From assembly GCA_938041335.1 (NCBI GenBank), contig CALIAF010000005.1, forward strand, positions 25-64,024: a DNA stretch of 64,000 bases, read 5' to 3'. Position numbers and translations under genes: made by a program. Below, one piece after another: positions 16,686 through 25,921 of this stretch. The notes below the pieces were generated by a model that saw only the letters and a list, made by a program, of their open reading frames with translations, was not told the DNA's origin and ran no database searches. Source of the DNA: an uncultured Ulvibacter sp. (GTDB lineage Bacteria > Bacteroidota > Bacteroidia > Flavobacteriales > Flavobacteriaceae). Position 1 is the stretch's first letter; each line of letters opens with the position of its first letter.

Positions 16686-18317
16686 ATGAGGCACTACATT
16701 TTATCAATTATCACCATTTTATCAAGTATCGCAATTGTAGCCCAAGAAGATTTCACTAAAGAGGATGAACTAAGAGGCACCATCACAGAAGATCGTGCTT
16801 GGTGGGATGTGCAACATTATGATTTAAAGGTAGAAGTGTTCCCAGAATCTAAAACAATTGAAGGATCAAACACCATAACCTACAAGGTATTAGCATCAAA
16901 TAAAATGATGCGCCTTGATCTTCAAGCTCCCATGCAGATTAAGAAGATTACTCAAAACGGAAAAAAACTAAAGTTTAATACCAAAGGGGACTTTCACTAC
17001 ATCAAATTTAAAAAAGCGGCCAAGGTAGACTCAGAACAATCAATCACCATAGAATTTAAAGGAGCACCTAAAGAGGCTGTAAATGCACCTTGGGATGGTG
17101 GTTTTTCTTGGAAAAAAGACGAAAACGGAACCGATTTTATAGCAAATGCAAATCAAGGCATTGGCGCTAGTGTTTGGTGGCCACTTAAAGACCATCCTGC
17201 AGACGAGCCTGACAATGGGGTAGACTTAGCGATCACTGTTCCTGCTCATTTAATGGGCGTAGGTAATGGAAGGCTTATTTCTGAAGTAGATAATGGAGAC
17301 ACAAAGACCTTTAACTGGAAAGTAACACAACCCATTAACAGTTATGGAGTGAATGTCAATGTGGGTGATTATGTGCAATTTGGATACAAACACGAAGGAC
17401 TCAATGGATTACTTGATGTGGATTACTATGTGTTGTCATACAACTTAGAGAAAGCAAAAGAACAGTTTAAGCAAGTACCAATGATGCTTAATGCATTTGA
17501 ATACTGGTTTGGCCCCTACCCTTTTTATGAAGACAGTTTTAAACTCGTTGAAGTACCTTATTTAGGGATGGAGCACCAGAGTAGTGTTACCTACGGAAAT
17601 GGCTATCAAAATGGCTATCTGGGCAAAGACTTATCAGGTTCTGGTTGGGGATATCGTTTTGATTTTATCATTATTCACGAAGCAGGTCACGAATGGTTTG
17701 CCAATAGCATTACCAATCAGGATGTCGCAGATATGTGGATTCACGAAGGCTTTACTGCGTATTCAGAAAACTTATACTTGGACTATAATTTTAGTACTGC
17801 TGCAGCCAGCGAATATGTAATAGGTACGCGAAGAATAATAAATAACGATCGCCCTATTATTGGTACCTACGGGATGGATAACGAAGGGAGTAGCGACATG
17901 TATTATAAAGGAGCAAATATTATACATACGTTGCGCCAACTTGTAGAAGATGATAGAAAATGGAGAGATATATTAAGAGCCCTAAATAAAGCGTTTTACC
18001 ATAAAAATGTAACCACAAAGCAGGTAGAAGATTTTTTAAGTGAACAAACAGGAATTGATCTTACCGAATTCTGGGAACAGTATTTACGCACAACTCTGGT
18101 GCCTAAACTAGAGTACAAACAAACATCATTTAATGAAATGGAGTTTAGATATGTAGATATTATAGAAGGGTTTGATATGCCTGTTATTGCGATCATTAAT
18201 GGAAAAGACCAATGGATTTACCCTAAAGCCGAGTGGCAATCTTTTGAAAATACTGGCGATATTAAATCACTCGTGATCAAAGAAGATTTTTACATCAATA
18301 GTGAAAAGGTTAAATAA
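16686..18317 (+). CDS. M1-family aminopeptidase
   Basis: GMEHQS, HEAGHEW...WIHEG, MYYKGA. Confidence 0.92.
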   Translation: MRHYILSIITILSSIAIVAQEDFTKEDELRGTITEDRAWWDVQHYDLKVEVFPESKTIEGSNTITYKVLASNKMMRLDLQAPMQIKKITQNGKKLKFNTKGDFHYIKFKKAAKVDSEQSITIEFKGAPKEAVNAPWDGGFSWKKDENGTDFIANANQGIGASVWWPLKDHPADEPDNGVDLAITVPAHLMGVGNGRLISEVDNGDTKTFNWKVTQPINSYGVNVNVGDYVQFGYKHEGLNGLLDVDYYVLSYNLEKAKEQFKQVPMMLNAFEYWFGPYPFYEDSFKLVEVPYLGMEHQSSVTYGNGYQNGYLGKDLSGSGWGYRFDFIIIHEAGHEWFANSITNQDVADMWIHEGFTAYSENLYLDYNFSTAAASEYVIGTRRIINNDRPIIGTYGMDNEGSSDMYYKGANIIHTLRQLVEDDRKWRDILRALNKAFYHKNVTTKQVEDFLSEQTGIDLTEFWEQYLRTTLVPKLEYKQTSFNEMEFRYVDIIEGFDMPVIAIINGKDQWIYPKAEWQSFENTGDIKSLVIKEDFYINSEKVK

Positions 18318-18331
18318 CACCATCATATAAT

Positions 18332-18910
18332 TTGCCAGAAACCCGCCCAGAACTATACTTTCCGCGTGACGTAGAATTCTACGATTGGCTACTTGCCAAC
18401 CATAATCAATATTCTAAGGGTGTATATATTATCCTGTATAAAGTAGAAAACCCTGAGACGAGTATGCGCTGGGAAGAAGCCGTAAAAGTAGCCATATGTT
18501 TTGGATGGATAGACAGCACGGTAAAAAGCCTTGGTAACGGAAAACGCAAGCAACTCTTTACCCCACGTAACTTAAAAAGCACCTGGAGCGCTCTAAATAA
18601 AACCTATGTAATCTCTTTAGAAGCGGAAGGCCTCATCCAAGAACCAGGATGGAAACTTATTAATCACGCTAAAAAAACGGGCACCTGGACGGTGATGGAC
18701 GGGCCAGAAAAAAGAATCATCCCTCCTACTTTACAAGATGCTTTTGATAAAAGCCCTACAGCGTTTGCGTTCTATAAAAACCTAACTCCTGGCTATCAAA
18801 AAAGCCATTTACGATGGTTGGCTACTGCAAAGACACAACCTACTATAATAAAGCGCGTTGCAGAAATTATTAGAATGTGTGAGGAGAAAATAAAATCTAG
18901 AGGCTGGTAA
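18332..18910 (+). CDS. YdeI/OmpD-associated family protein
   Basis: EEAVKVAICFGWIDS, FTPRNLKSTWSALNK, C-terminal OmdA-like region. Confidence 0.85.
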   Translation: MPETRPELYFPRDVEFYDWLLANHNQYSKGVYIILYKVENPETSMRWEEAVKVAICFGWIDSTVKSLGNGKRKQLFTPRNLKSTWSALNKTYVISLEAEGLIQEPGWKLINHAKKTGTWTVMDGPEKRIIPPTLQDAFDKSPTAFAFYKNLTPGYQKSHLRWLATAKTQPTIIKRVAEIIRMCEEKIKSRGW

Positions 18911-18914
18911 AACT

Positions 18915-18947
18915 AAAATGAGACCCACAACTTGTAGGTCCCATTTT
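18915..18947. terminator. Bidirectional terminator
   Basis: AAAATGAGACCCACAA-c-TTGTAGGTCCCATTTT between convergent genes. Confidence 0.7.
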
Positions 18948-18974
18948 ATTAATTACGCTCTTCATTATGACTCA

Positions 18975-19541
18975 CTATAACTTTCCATACTCAATATCAC
19001 CTAGTAACTTTAGCTTTGGCGATCCATCAATAAATAAAACATAGTCTCTTGTTGTGGCAACACCATGTGTATAGGGTTCTTTTTCTTTATCAGACATTCC
19101 TGATAAATCTAAGATCATAAGCTTTTCCCATTTCATATCATCCATACTTACACTATCAATGGTATATACAATGGCATCTAGTCCTTGAAATGGAAGGATT
19201 CTTCGATTGCTCATGGAAACAAAAACCATGTTTTTATTTACTTTAAGATTGAAGGTGTCACCAGCAATATTTATTGCAAATGTCGCATCACTGCCTATAA
19301 ATTCTCCCACAAAACCAACGGTTGTTATGGTTTTTGGCACCTCTTTTTTGGTCACTACTTTTGTTTTTTCTGGCGGAGCTACATATACAGGAGTAGGTTT
19401 AACGACTACGGCCTTTTCTTTCTTTTCTTCCTTTACCCTTTTTGCATATTGTCTGGCCTCCTTTTTGGTTAATTCTCTTTGGGCATTCATTTCTGTGATA
19501 CCTAGAGCTAAAAATGCAAGTAGTATGATATAAATTTTCAT
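18975..19541 (-). CDS. Secreted hypothetical protein
   Basis: Signal peptide, Lys/Glu-rich N-terminus, 188 aa. Confidence 0.7.
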   Translation of the reverse strand: MKIYIILLAFLALGITEMNAQRELTKKEARQYAKRVKEEKKEKAVVVKPTPVYVAPPEKTKVVTKKEVPKTITTVGFVGEFIGSDATFAINIAGDTFNLKVNKNMVFVSMSNRRILPFQGLDAIVYTIDSVSMDDMKWEKLMILDLSGMSDKEKEPYTHGVATTRDYVLFIDGSPKLKLLGDIEYGKL

Positions 19542-19554
19542 AATTTATTGGCTT

Positions 19555-20493
19555 TTAAAATTCGTATTCAAATAACGTTTTTGTTCCTTTTTCACCTATG
19601 CCATCTACGGATCCTAGGTTATTCCCGTAGGTATCATAACGCGTCACATTATGGATAGCGACTTCTTCTGTTCCGTCATCTTCTACTGATGAGATTTTCT
19701 CGTCTGTTAACTCTCCGTATTCATTATAACTATACTCTGTTTTATGGATTCCTAGGCTAGAACCTTCTACGACAGCAAGTTTTAGACCCAGTTCATTGTA
19801 AATAAATTCTTCAGATCGTGTAGGATTACCTGCTTCATTATATCGCATTTTTATTTTAACTTTATTATCCTCAAACTCTTGAGTGAAATGATATTGTAAT
19901 AAATCTACGGTGCCATCCAGATATTTTTCCCATTTTTTTTCAACTAGAATATTTCCGTTAAGGTCATACTCATATTCAATCGCACGAGAAAAATCTTCCT
20001 TCATATCTGCAGTAAATACTTTTTCTTCTATAAGATCTCCATGCTCATTATAAGTAAATTGACTGGTACTTCCTTGCCCATTATCTCGTTTCCAACTTTC
20101 TTTAGTTTTTTGGTTTTTCGCATTGTATTCATAACTATAATAAGTAATGTTTCCGTCATCATTCTCTATTGATGACACTATATTTCCTTGTGGCGAAATG
20201 GTATTTGTAGTTGTACCTACTTCTCTTCCAGAGCCATAGTAATCAAATTCTTTAATTGATATAATTTTACCATTTTCATCATAGTAAGTTTCAGATACTA
20301 TATAAGGAAATGCATCCCTATCTGGAACCATTAATTCTCTCATTACTTTTATAGGAGGAGATGTTGGTCTTTTCTTAAGAGTAACTACTTGATCTTCTGT
20401 AGCATTAGTTGTATCCTGAGATTTAGAGTCTTTACACACTAATAATAAAAAAACGAGTGTTATACTAAATAGTAATTTGCTTTGATTATACAT
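19555..20493 (-). CDS. Exported YD-like repeat protein
   Basis: Repeated Y-x-Y-[DN]-x-x-G-[NDE] units (YYDENGK, YNEHGDL, YDLNGNI, YNEYGEL, YDTYGNN). Confidence 0.7.
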   Translation of the reverse strand: MYNQSKLLFSITLVFLLLVCKDSKSQDTTNATEDQVVTLKKRPTSPPIKVMRELMVPDRDAFPYIVSETYYDENGKIISIKEFDYYGSGREVGTTTNTISPQGNIVSSIENDDGNITYYSYEYNAKNQKTKESWKRDNGQGSTSQFTYNEHGDLIEEKVFTADMKEDFSRAIEYEYDLNGNILVEKKWEKYLDGTVDLLQYHFTQEFEDNKVKIKMRYNEAGNPTRSEEFIYNELGLKLAVVEGSSLGIHKTEYSYNEYGELTDEKISSVEDDGTEEVAIHNVTRYDTYGNNLGSVDGIGEKGTKTLFEYEF

Positions 20494-20712
20494 AGCTACA
20501 TTATTTGTTAATTTAAATTATATACACTGTAAATTTATTAGAAAACCTATTTCAAATCTATAAGGCAATTGCCCCATATTGCTTTTAGTCAATATACTAT
20601 GAAAATGAAATCGTGAAGAATAGAATAAATTTTACAGAAGTATTTAAGCTAATTGTCCTACTCCTCAAAAACCCATATCTTTAAGTTCTATAATTTATAC
20701 CAAATAATAAAA

Positions 20713-23700
20713 ATGAAAAAACTATTCACTCTTGTATTTCTAATAGCGACAACTATATCCTTTGCACAAAAAGATAAAGATGATACGAAATGGGACGTCA
20801 ACAATCCAGGCAAAGATTTTAACTATAAAACACATCGTTTTACCACCACAGAAGGTACTTGGATGAACCTAGATGTTAGCCCAAATGGACAAACCATCGT
20901 GTTTGATATGTTAGGTGACATTTATACAATGTCTATTTCTGGTGGTAAAGCCACCGCAATTAGAACAGGGATCGCTTTTGAAGTTCAACCTCGTTTTAGC
21001 CCAGACGGTAAACACATTTCATTTACCAGTGATGCAGGAGGAGGAGATAATATTTGGGTAATGAATAGCAATGGTAGCGATGCAAAGCAAATTACTAAAG
21101 AGAGCTTTAGGTTGCTAAACAATGCCGTATGGATGCCAGATAGTAATTATTTAATAGCCAGAAAACATTTTACAAGTGGCCGCAGTCTAGGTGCAGGCGA
21201 GTTATGGCAATATCATATTACTGGTGGTAGCGGTATTCAATTAACTGAGCGCAAAAACGACCAGCAGGATTTAGGAGAACCATTTATTTCTAGCGATGGT
21301 AAGTATGTATACTACTCAGAAGATATGTATCAAGGAGGTTTTTTTCAATACAACAAAGACCCAAACAGCCAGATTTACGTGATAAAAAGATATGAGTTTG
21401 AAACTGGCAAAACAAAAACAATTACAGGAGGACCAGGAGGTGCAGCGCGTCCTACCTTATCACCAGATGGTAAAACACTAGCGTTTATTAAGCGTGTACG
21501 GGAGAAGACCGTATTATACATTCATAATTTAGAAACTGGAGAAGAGTTTCCTGTCTATGATGCGCTAAACAAAGACCAGCAAGAGGCTTGGGCCATTTTT
21601 GGAGTCTACCCTAACTTTGATTGGATGCCTAATAATGAAGATATTATTATCTGGAGTGGCGGAACATTTCAAAAAATCAATGTGCAGAGCTTGGCAGTAA
21701 CTAATATAAAATTTGAAGCAAATGTCAAGATTGACTTGGCACAAACAGTCAAGACAAACACGCCCATTGAACGTAGTGAGTTCACATCTAAAGTAATTCG
21801 TGATGCCATCACAACACCAGACGGAAAAACAGTAATCTTTAATGCATTAGGAAAACTATACAAGAAGTCATTACCTAATGGAACCCCTGTTAGATTGACC
21901 ACAGGAACAGATTTTGAGTACGAACCTAGCTTATCTCCTAGCGGAAATGAAATTATTTACGTCACTTGGAATGACCTTGAAAAAGGGGCCATTTATAAGT
22001 TAAATATAAACGGCGGCACACCCCTTAAAATTTCAGAAGAGAAAGGAATTTACAGAACACCAAGCTATTCTAACGATGGTAGAAATATCGTTTTTAGAAA
22101 AGAAAATGGGAACAGCGATCAAGGTAATTCGCACACTAAAAATGCTGGTATTTATACGATGACCGTGCAAGGTGCTAATGAGAAAAAACTAGACACTGGT
22201 GGCGAGTACCCAAGATATAGTGCAGATGACAGTCGTATATTTTTAAAAACGGGAGGCACTTACTTCGGAAATTTGACAAAAAAATTAATCTCGGTCAACT
22301 TAAATGGAAATGACCAACGCGAGCATGTGATCTCAAAATATGCAAATCATATTGTACCGAGCCCAGATAATAAATGGGTGGCGTTCTCAAACTTACACAA
22401 AGTATATATTGCACCTATGCCCCAAAATGGAAAACCATTAACCATTGATGGCAAAAGTAATAGTGTACCTGTACAACAGATTGCTAAAGATGCCGGTGTA
22501 AATATTCACTGGTCCCCTAATAGCAATAAAGTGATGTGGACTTTAGGTGATGAATATTTTAGTAATACCCTTCAAGAGAAATTTAGTTTTGTAACTGGTG
22601 GAGCGGCTACTCCTTCTGAAATGCCAACAAGCGGTATAAAAGTAAATTTGAAAGCTCCTGTAGACAACCCTACAGGTAAAATCGCTTTCACTAATGCCCG
22701 AATCATTACCATGAACGGCAATGAGGTAATAGAAGATGGAAACATTATCATAGAAGGAAATAAAATTGTAGCCATTGGTCCTGCAGCGACTACGCCAGTG
22801 CCAAGTAATGCTAAAATGTATGGAATGCTTGGCAAAACCATTATGCCTGGTATGGTAGATAGCCACGCCCACATTGGTGCTTTTAGAAGCGGATTGCCTG
22901 CACAGCAAAATTGGCAGTTTCTGGCTAACCTTGCTTTTGGGGTAACCACAGCACACGACCCTTCTGCAAATACAGAAACCGTTTTTACCCTAAGTGAATT
23001 ACAGAAAAATGGACAATTAACTGGGCCTCGACTCTTCTCTACAGGCTTTATATTATATGGAGCAGACGGTGACTTTAAGGCCGTAATTAACAATCTAGAT
23101 GATGCACGTAGTAGTATTAGACGTACAAAGGCCTTTGGAGCAAAGAGTGTTAAAAGTTATAATCAACCGCGTCGTGAGCAACGCCAGCAAGTATTACAGG
23201 CTGCTCGAGAACAAGGTATTAATGTAGTGCCAGAAGGTGGCTCTACGTTTTTCCATAATATTACAATGGTCATAGACGGTCACACTGGTGTTGAGCATAA
23301 TATACCAGTAGCACCAGTGTATAAAGATGTGCTAGAAATCTGGGGTAAAAGCGGTACTGGCTATACGCCTACCCTTATTGTTAACTATGGTGGTCTAAAC
23401 GGAGAGTTCTTTTACTACCAGCGTGATAATGTTTGGGAAAACGAAAAGTTATTAAAATACAGTCCTAGGGCTATTATTGATAGTCGCTCAAGACATAGAA
23501 TGATGGTACCACAAAAAGAATATGAAAACGGACATATTTTAGTGTCAAAAACTGCAAAAGACTTAAGTGAAGCTGGCGTAAAAGTAAATATGGGAGCACA
23601 TGGCCAAATACAAGGTATTGGTGCACATTGGGAAACGTGGATGATTGCAGCTGGAGGTATAGGAAACCACGAAGCCTTAAAAGCAGCTACTATTAACGGT

Positions 23701-23982
23701 GCAAACTATATAGGAGCTGGTCAAGATATAGGGAGTTTAGAAGTAGGTAAACTGGCAGATTTATTGGTCTTAGATAAAAACCCACTGGATGATATTGAAA
23801 ATACACAGTACATTAAATTTGTCATGCAAAATGGACGTTTATACGATCCAGAAACAATGAATGAGATCGGCAATTCGCCAAAAGAACGAGCGCCTTTTTA
23901 CTGGGAAGTAAACGGGTACAATCAAGCCTTTGAGTGGCACGAAGAGAGCGGAAGTTTTATTCACGGTAATTGTAGGCATTAA
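20713..23982 (+). CDS. Amidohydrolase-family protein with N-terminal PD40/tricorn-like propellers (start moved from 20653 to the ATG at 20713)
   Basis: DVSPNG/FSPDG/LSPDG repeats; IMPGMVDSHAH; KSYNQP; GSLEVGKLADLLVL. Confidence 0.88.
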   Translation: MKKLFTLVFLIATTISFAQKDKDDTKWDVNNPGKDFNYKTHRFTTTEGTWMNLDVSPNGQTIVFDMLGDIYTMSISGGKATAIRTGIAFEVQPRFSPDGKHISFTSDAGGGDNIWVMNSNGSDAKQITKESFRLLNNAVWMPDSNYLIARKHFTSGRSLGAGELWQYHITGGSGIQLTERKNDQQDLGEPFISSDGKYVYYSEDMYQGGFFQYNKDPNSQIYVIKRYEFETGKTKTITGGPGGAARPTLSPDGKTLAFIKRVREKTVLYIHNLETGEEFPVYDALNKDQQEAWAIFGVYPNFDWMPNNEDIIIWSGGTFQKINVQSLAVTNIKFEANVKIDLAQTVKTNTPIERSEFTSKVIRDAITTPDGKTVIFNALGKLYKKSLPNGTPVRLTTGTDFEYEPSLSPSGNEIIYVTWNDLEKGAIYKLNINGGTPLKISEEKGIYRTPSYSNDGRNIVFRKENGNSDQGNSHTKNAGIYTMTVQGANEKKLDTGGEYPRYSADDSRIFLKTGGTYFGNLTKKLISVNLNGNDQREHVISKYANHIVPSPDNKWVAFSNLHKVYIAPMPQNGKPLTIDGKSNSVPVQQIAKDAGVNIHWSPNSNKVMWTLGDEYFSNTLQEKFSFVTGGAATPSEMPTSGIKVNLKAPVDNPTGKIAFTNARIITMNGNEVIEDGNIIIEGNKIVAIGPAATTPVPSNAKMYGMLGKTIMPGMVDSHAHIGAFRSGLPAQQNWQFLANLAFGVTTAHDPSANTETVFTLSELQKNGQLTGPRLFSTGFILYGADGDFKAVINNLDDARSSIRRTKAFGAKSVKSYNQPRREQRQQVLQAAREQGINVVPEGGSTFFHNITMVIDGHTGVEHNIPVAPVYKDVLEIWGKSGTGYTPTLIVNYGGLNGEFFYYQRDNVWENEKLLKYSPRAIIDSRSRHRMMVPQKEYENGHILVSKTAKDLSEAGVKVNMGAHGQIQGIGAHWETWMIAAGGIGNHEALKAATINGANYIGAGQDIGSLEVGKLADLLVLDKNPLDDIENTQYIKFVMQNGRLYDPETMNEIGNSPKERAPFYWEVNGYNQAFEWHEESGSFIHGNCRH

Positions 23983-24293
23983 TGAACCTTCGTCCCTACA
24001 CTCAATTCTATACATCGATATTCCCATTTGTTGCGGCGTTCGCATTAGTAGGCATTATAGCCTTTGGTGTGGCTTATGGGTTTCTTTTCTTTTTAACCAT
24101 AGGTTTGGGCTTTGGGTTTATAGGTTTTAATACCTTCTATAAAGAGCAATGGTATACGTATCAAAACCTAGGCATCACAAAATGGAAATTATTTAAAACT
24201 TCCTTTATCTATAATCTTATAATAGGCCTGCCCGTGTTTCTAATTCTGTTTCTTTTAATCTCATTTATACTTGGCGACTTTAGTCTTACATAA
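23982..24293 (+). CDS. Small membrane protein
   Basis: Hydrophobic 103-aa ORF coupled to the upstream stop (TAATG) and overlapping the ABC ATPase gene. Confidence 0.7.
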   Translation: MNLRPYTQFYTSIFPFVAAFALVGIIAFGVAYGFLFFLTIGLGFGFIGFNTFYKEQWYTYQNLGITKWKLFKTSFIYNLIIGLPVFLILFLLISFILGDFSLT

Positions 24294-24933
24294 CATATCT
24301 AAAAGCTTCGAGAATAAGCCCGTATTGAAAGAGGTTACTTTTTCATTAGAAACAGAAGAAATCTTGGGGTTATTTGGACGCAACGGTTCAGGTAAATCTA
24401 CATTGCTTAAAATTCTCTTCGGAAATGTGAAAGCCGATAGTATCAGAGCAGAAATAAATAACCAACCGCTTCCTATTTCAGAAGTAATACCAAAACGGTT
24501 GATTGGATATTTACCACAACATCCGTTTTTACCAAAGCAAACAAAAGTACGGGATGTGATTATTATGTATCATCCCAATGAAAAGGAACAAGATGCCGTT
24601 TTTTATGATTCGCATATCGCCACAATGACGCATAAACGAACGAGTGATTTATCCTTAGGGGAGCTAAAATATTTCGAAGTGGTACTACTTAGTCAGCTCT
24701 CCCACCCATTTTTAATGCTCGACGAACCTTTCTCCATGCTAGAACCATTACACAAAGAGAAACTAAAAGAAAGGCTACTAGAGATCAAAAAAACAAAAGG
24801 AATCATCATCACAGACCATTATTATAACGATGTGCTTGAGATCGCTACAAAAAGTATGGTAATAAAGGATGGTGTTGGGTTTCAAGTTAACTCGATAGAA
24901 GACTTAAAAGAATTTGAATACTTAAGAAATTAA
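24271..24933 (+). CDS. ABC transporter ATP-binding protein
   Basis: GRNGSGKST, LSLGE, MLDEPF, ITDH. Confidence 0.9.
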   Translation: MATLVLHNISKSFENKPVLKEVTFSLETEEILGLFGRNGSGKSTLLKILFGNVKADSIRAEINNQPLPISEVIPKRLIGYLPQHPFLPKQTKVRDVIIMYHPNEKEQDAVFYDSHIATMTHKRTSDLSLGELKYFEVVLLSQLSHPFLMLDEPFSMLEPLHKEKLKERLLEIKKTKGIIITDHYYNDVLEIATKSMVIKDGVGFQVNSIEDLKEFEYLRN

Positions 24934-24938
24934 AAAAA

Positions 24939-25394
24939 ATGTATCAATTAGCTCAACTCAACTTAGCAGACGCTATTGCAGATATGGAAAGCCCTATTAT
25001 GGCCGGTTTTGTGAATGCTACAGATCGTATCAATGCATTAGCGGCAGGTAGCCCGGGCTATGTTTGGAGTTTAGAAAGCCGTCCAGACGATGAAAAAGAA
25101 GATCGAGTTGCCATTTTTGGCAAGGAAAGCTTATTAGTAAATATGACCGTTTGGGAAGATCGGGAGGCATTATTTGACTTTGTCTATAATACGATGCATA
25201 AGGACATAATGATCCGAAAAAAAGAATGGTTTAAAAAGATGCCAAAAATGCATATGGTACTCTGGTTTGTTCCTGTAGGTCATTATCCCACAATTACAGA
25301 AGGGAAAGAAAAATTAGATTATTTAAGAAAAAATGGAGAATCACCCTTGGCATTCAGCTTTAAAAGTAAGTTTTCACCGAAAGACGTACTATAA
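24939..25394 (+). CDS. DUF3291-family protein
   Basis: YQLAQLNLA, NALAAGSPGYVW, NMTVWEDREALFDFVY, VLWFVPVGHYPT. Confidence 0.8.
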   Translation: MYQLAQLNLADAIADMESPIMAGFVNATDRINALAAGSPGYVWSLESRPDDEKEDRVAIFGKESLLVNMTVWEDREALFDFVYNTMHKDIMIRKKEWFKKMPKMHMVLWFVPVGHYPTITEGKEKLDYLRKNGESPLAFSFKSKFSPKDVL

Positions 25395-25469
25395 TATCTC
25401 GGACTATAGCCAACCTAAGTTAAGATTTTGTATATTTAAAACATTATAATAAACTTTAAAATTAAAACA

Positions 25470-25847
25470 ATGGTTAGAGCAAAATATGCAAGCGTACTAG
25501 AGCTTGGAGAAAAATTAAGTATTCAAAATGGGGACGTTAAAGAAGAAAATGGCGTACTTCATGTAACGGGTACTGCTGGTACTCCACACGAGAAAAATCT
25601 TTTATGGGATGCAATTAAAGCTGCTGGTGGTGAAAACCCTGCAGATATTATGGCAGACATTAGTGTAGCAGATGAATCTGTTTTTGCACGTCACACTGTA
25701 GCCAGTGGAGAGTCTTTAAGTAAGATAGCAAAACATTACTATAAAGATCCAATGAAATACAATGCAATTTTTCAAGCAAACACTGATCAATTAAAAAGTG
25801 CAGATGTGATACATCCTGGACAAGAGTTAGTGATTCCTAATTTGTAG
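25470..25847 (+). CDS. LysM peptidoglycan-binding protein (BON-like + LysM)
   Basis: HTVASGESLSKIAKHYY...IFQAN...IHPGQELVIP. Confidence 0.9.
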   Translation: MVRAKYASVLELGEKLSIQNGDVKEENGVLHVTGTAGTPHEKNLLWDAIKAAGGENPADIMADISVADESVFARHTVASGESLSKIAKHYYKDPMKYNAIFQANTDQLKSADVIHPGQELVIPNL

Positions 25848-25866
25848 TCCCTAATTTAAGAAAATG

Positions 25867-25891
25867 AAAAAGCCGCAATTTGCGGCTTTTT
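25867..25891. terminator. Bidirectional intrinsic terminator
   Basis: AAAAAGCCGCA-att-TGCGGCTTTTT. Confidence 0.9.
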
Positions 25892-25921
25892 TTTTGTTTT
25901 AAACGTATTCTTTAACCTATG

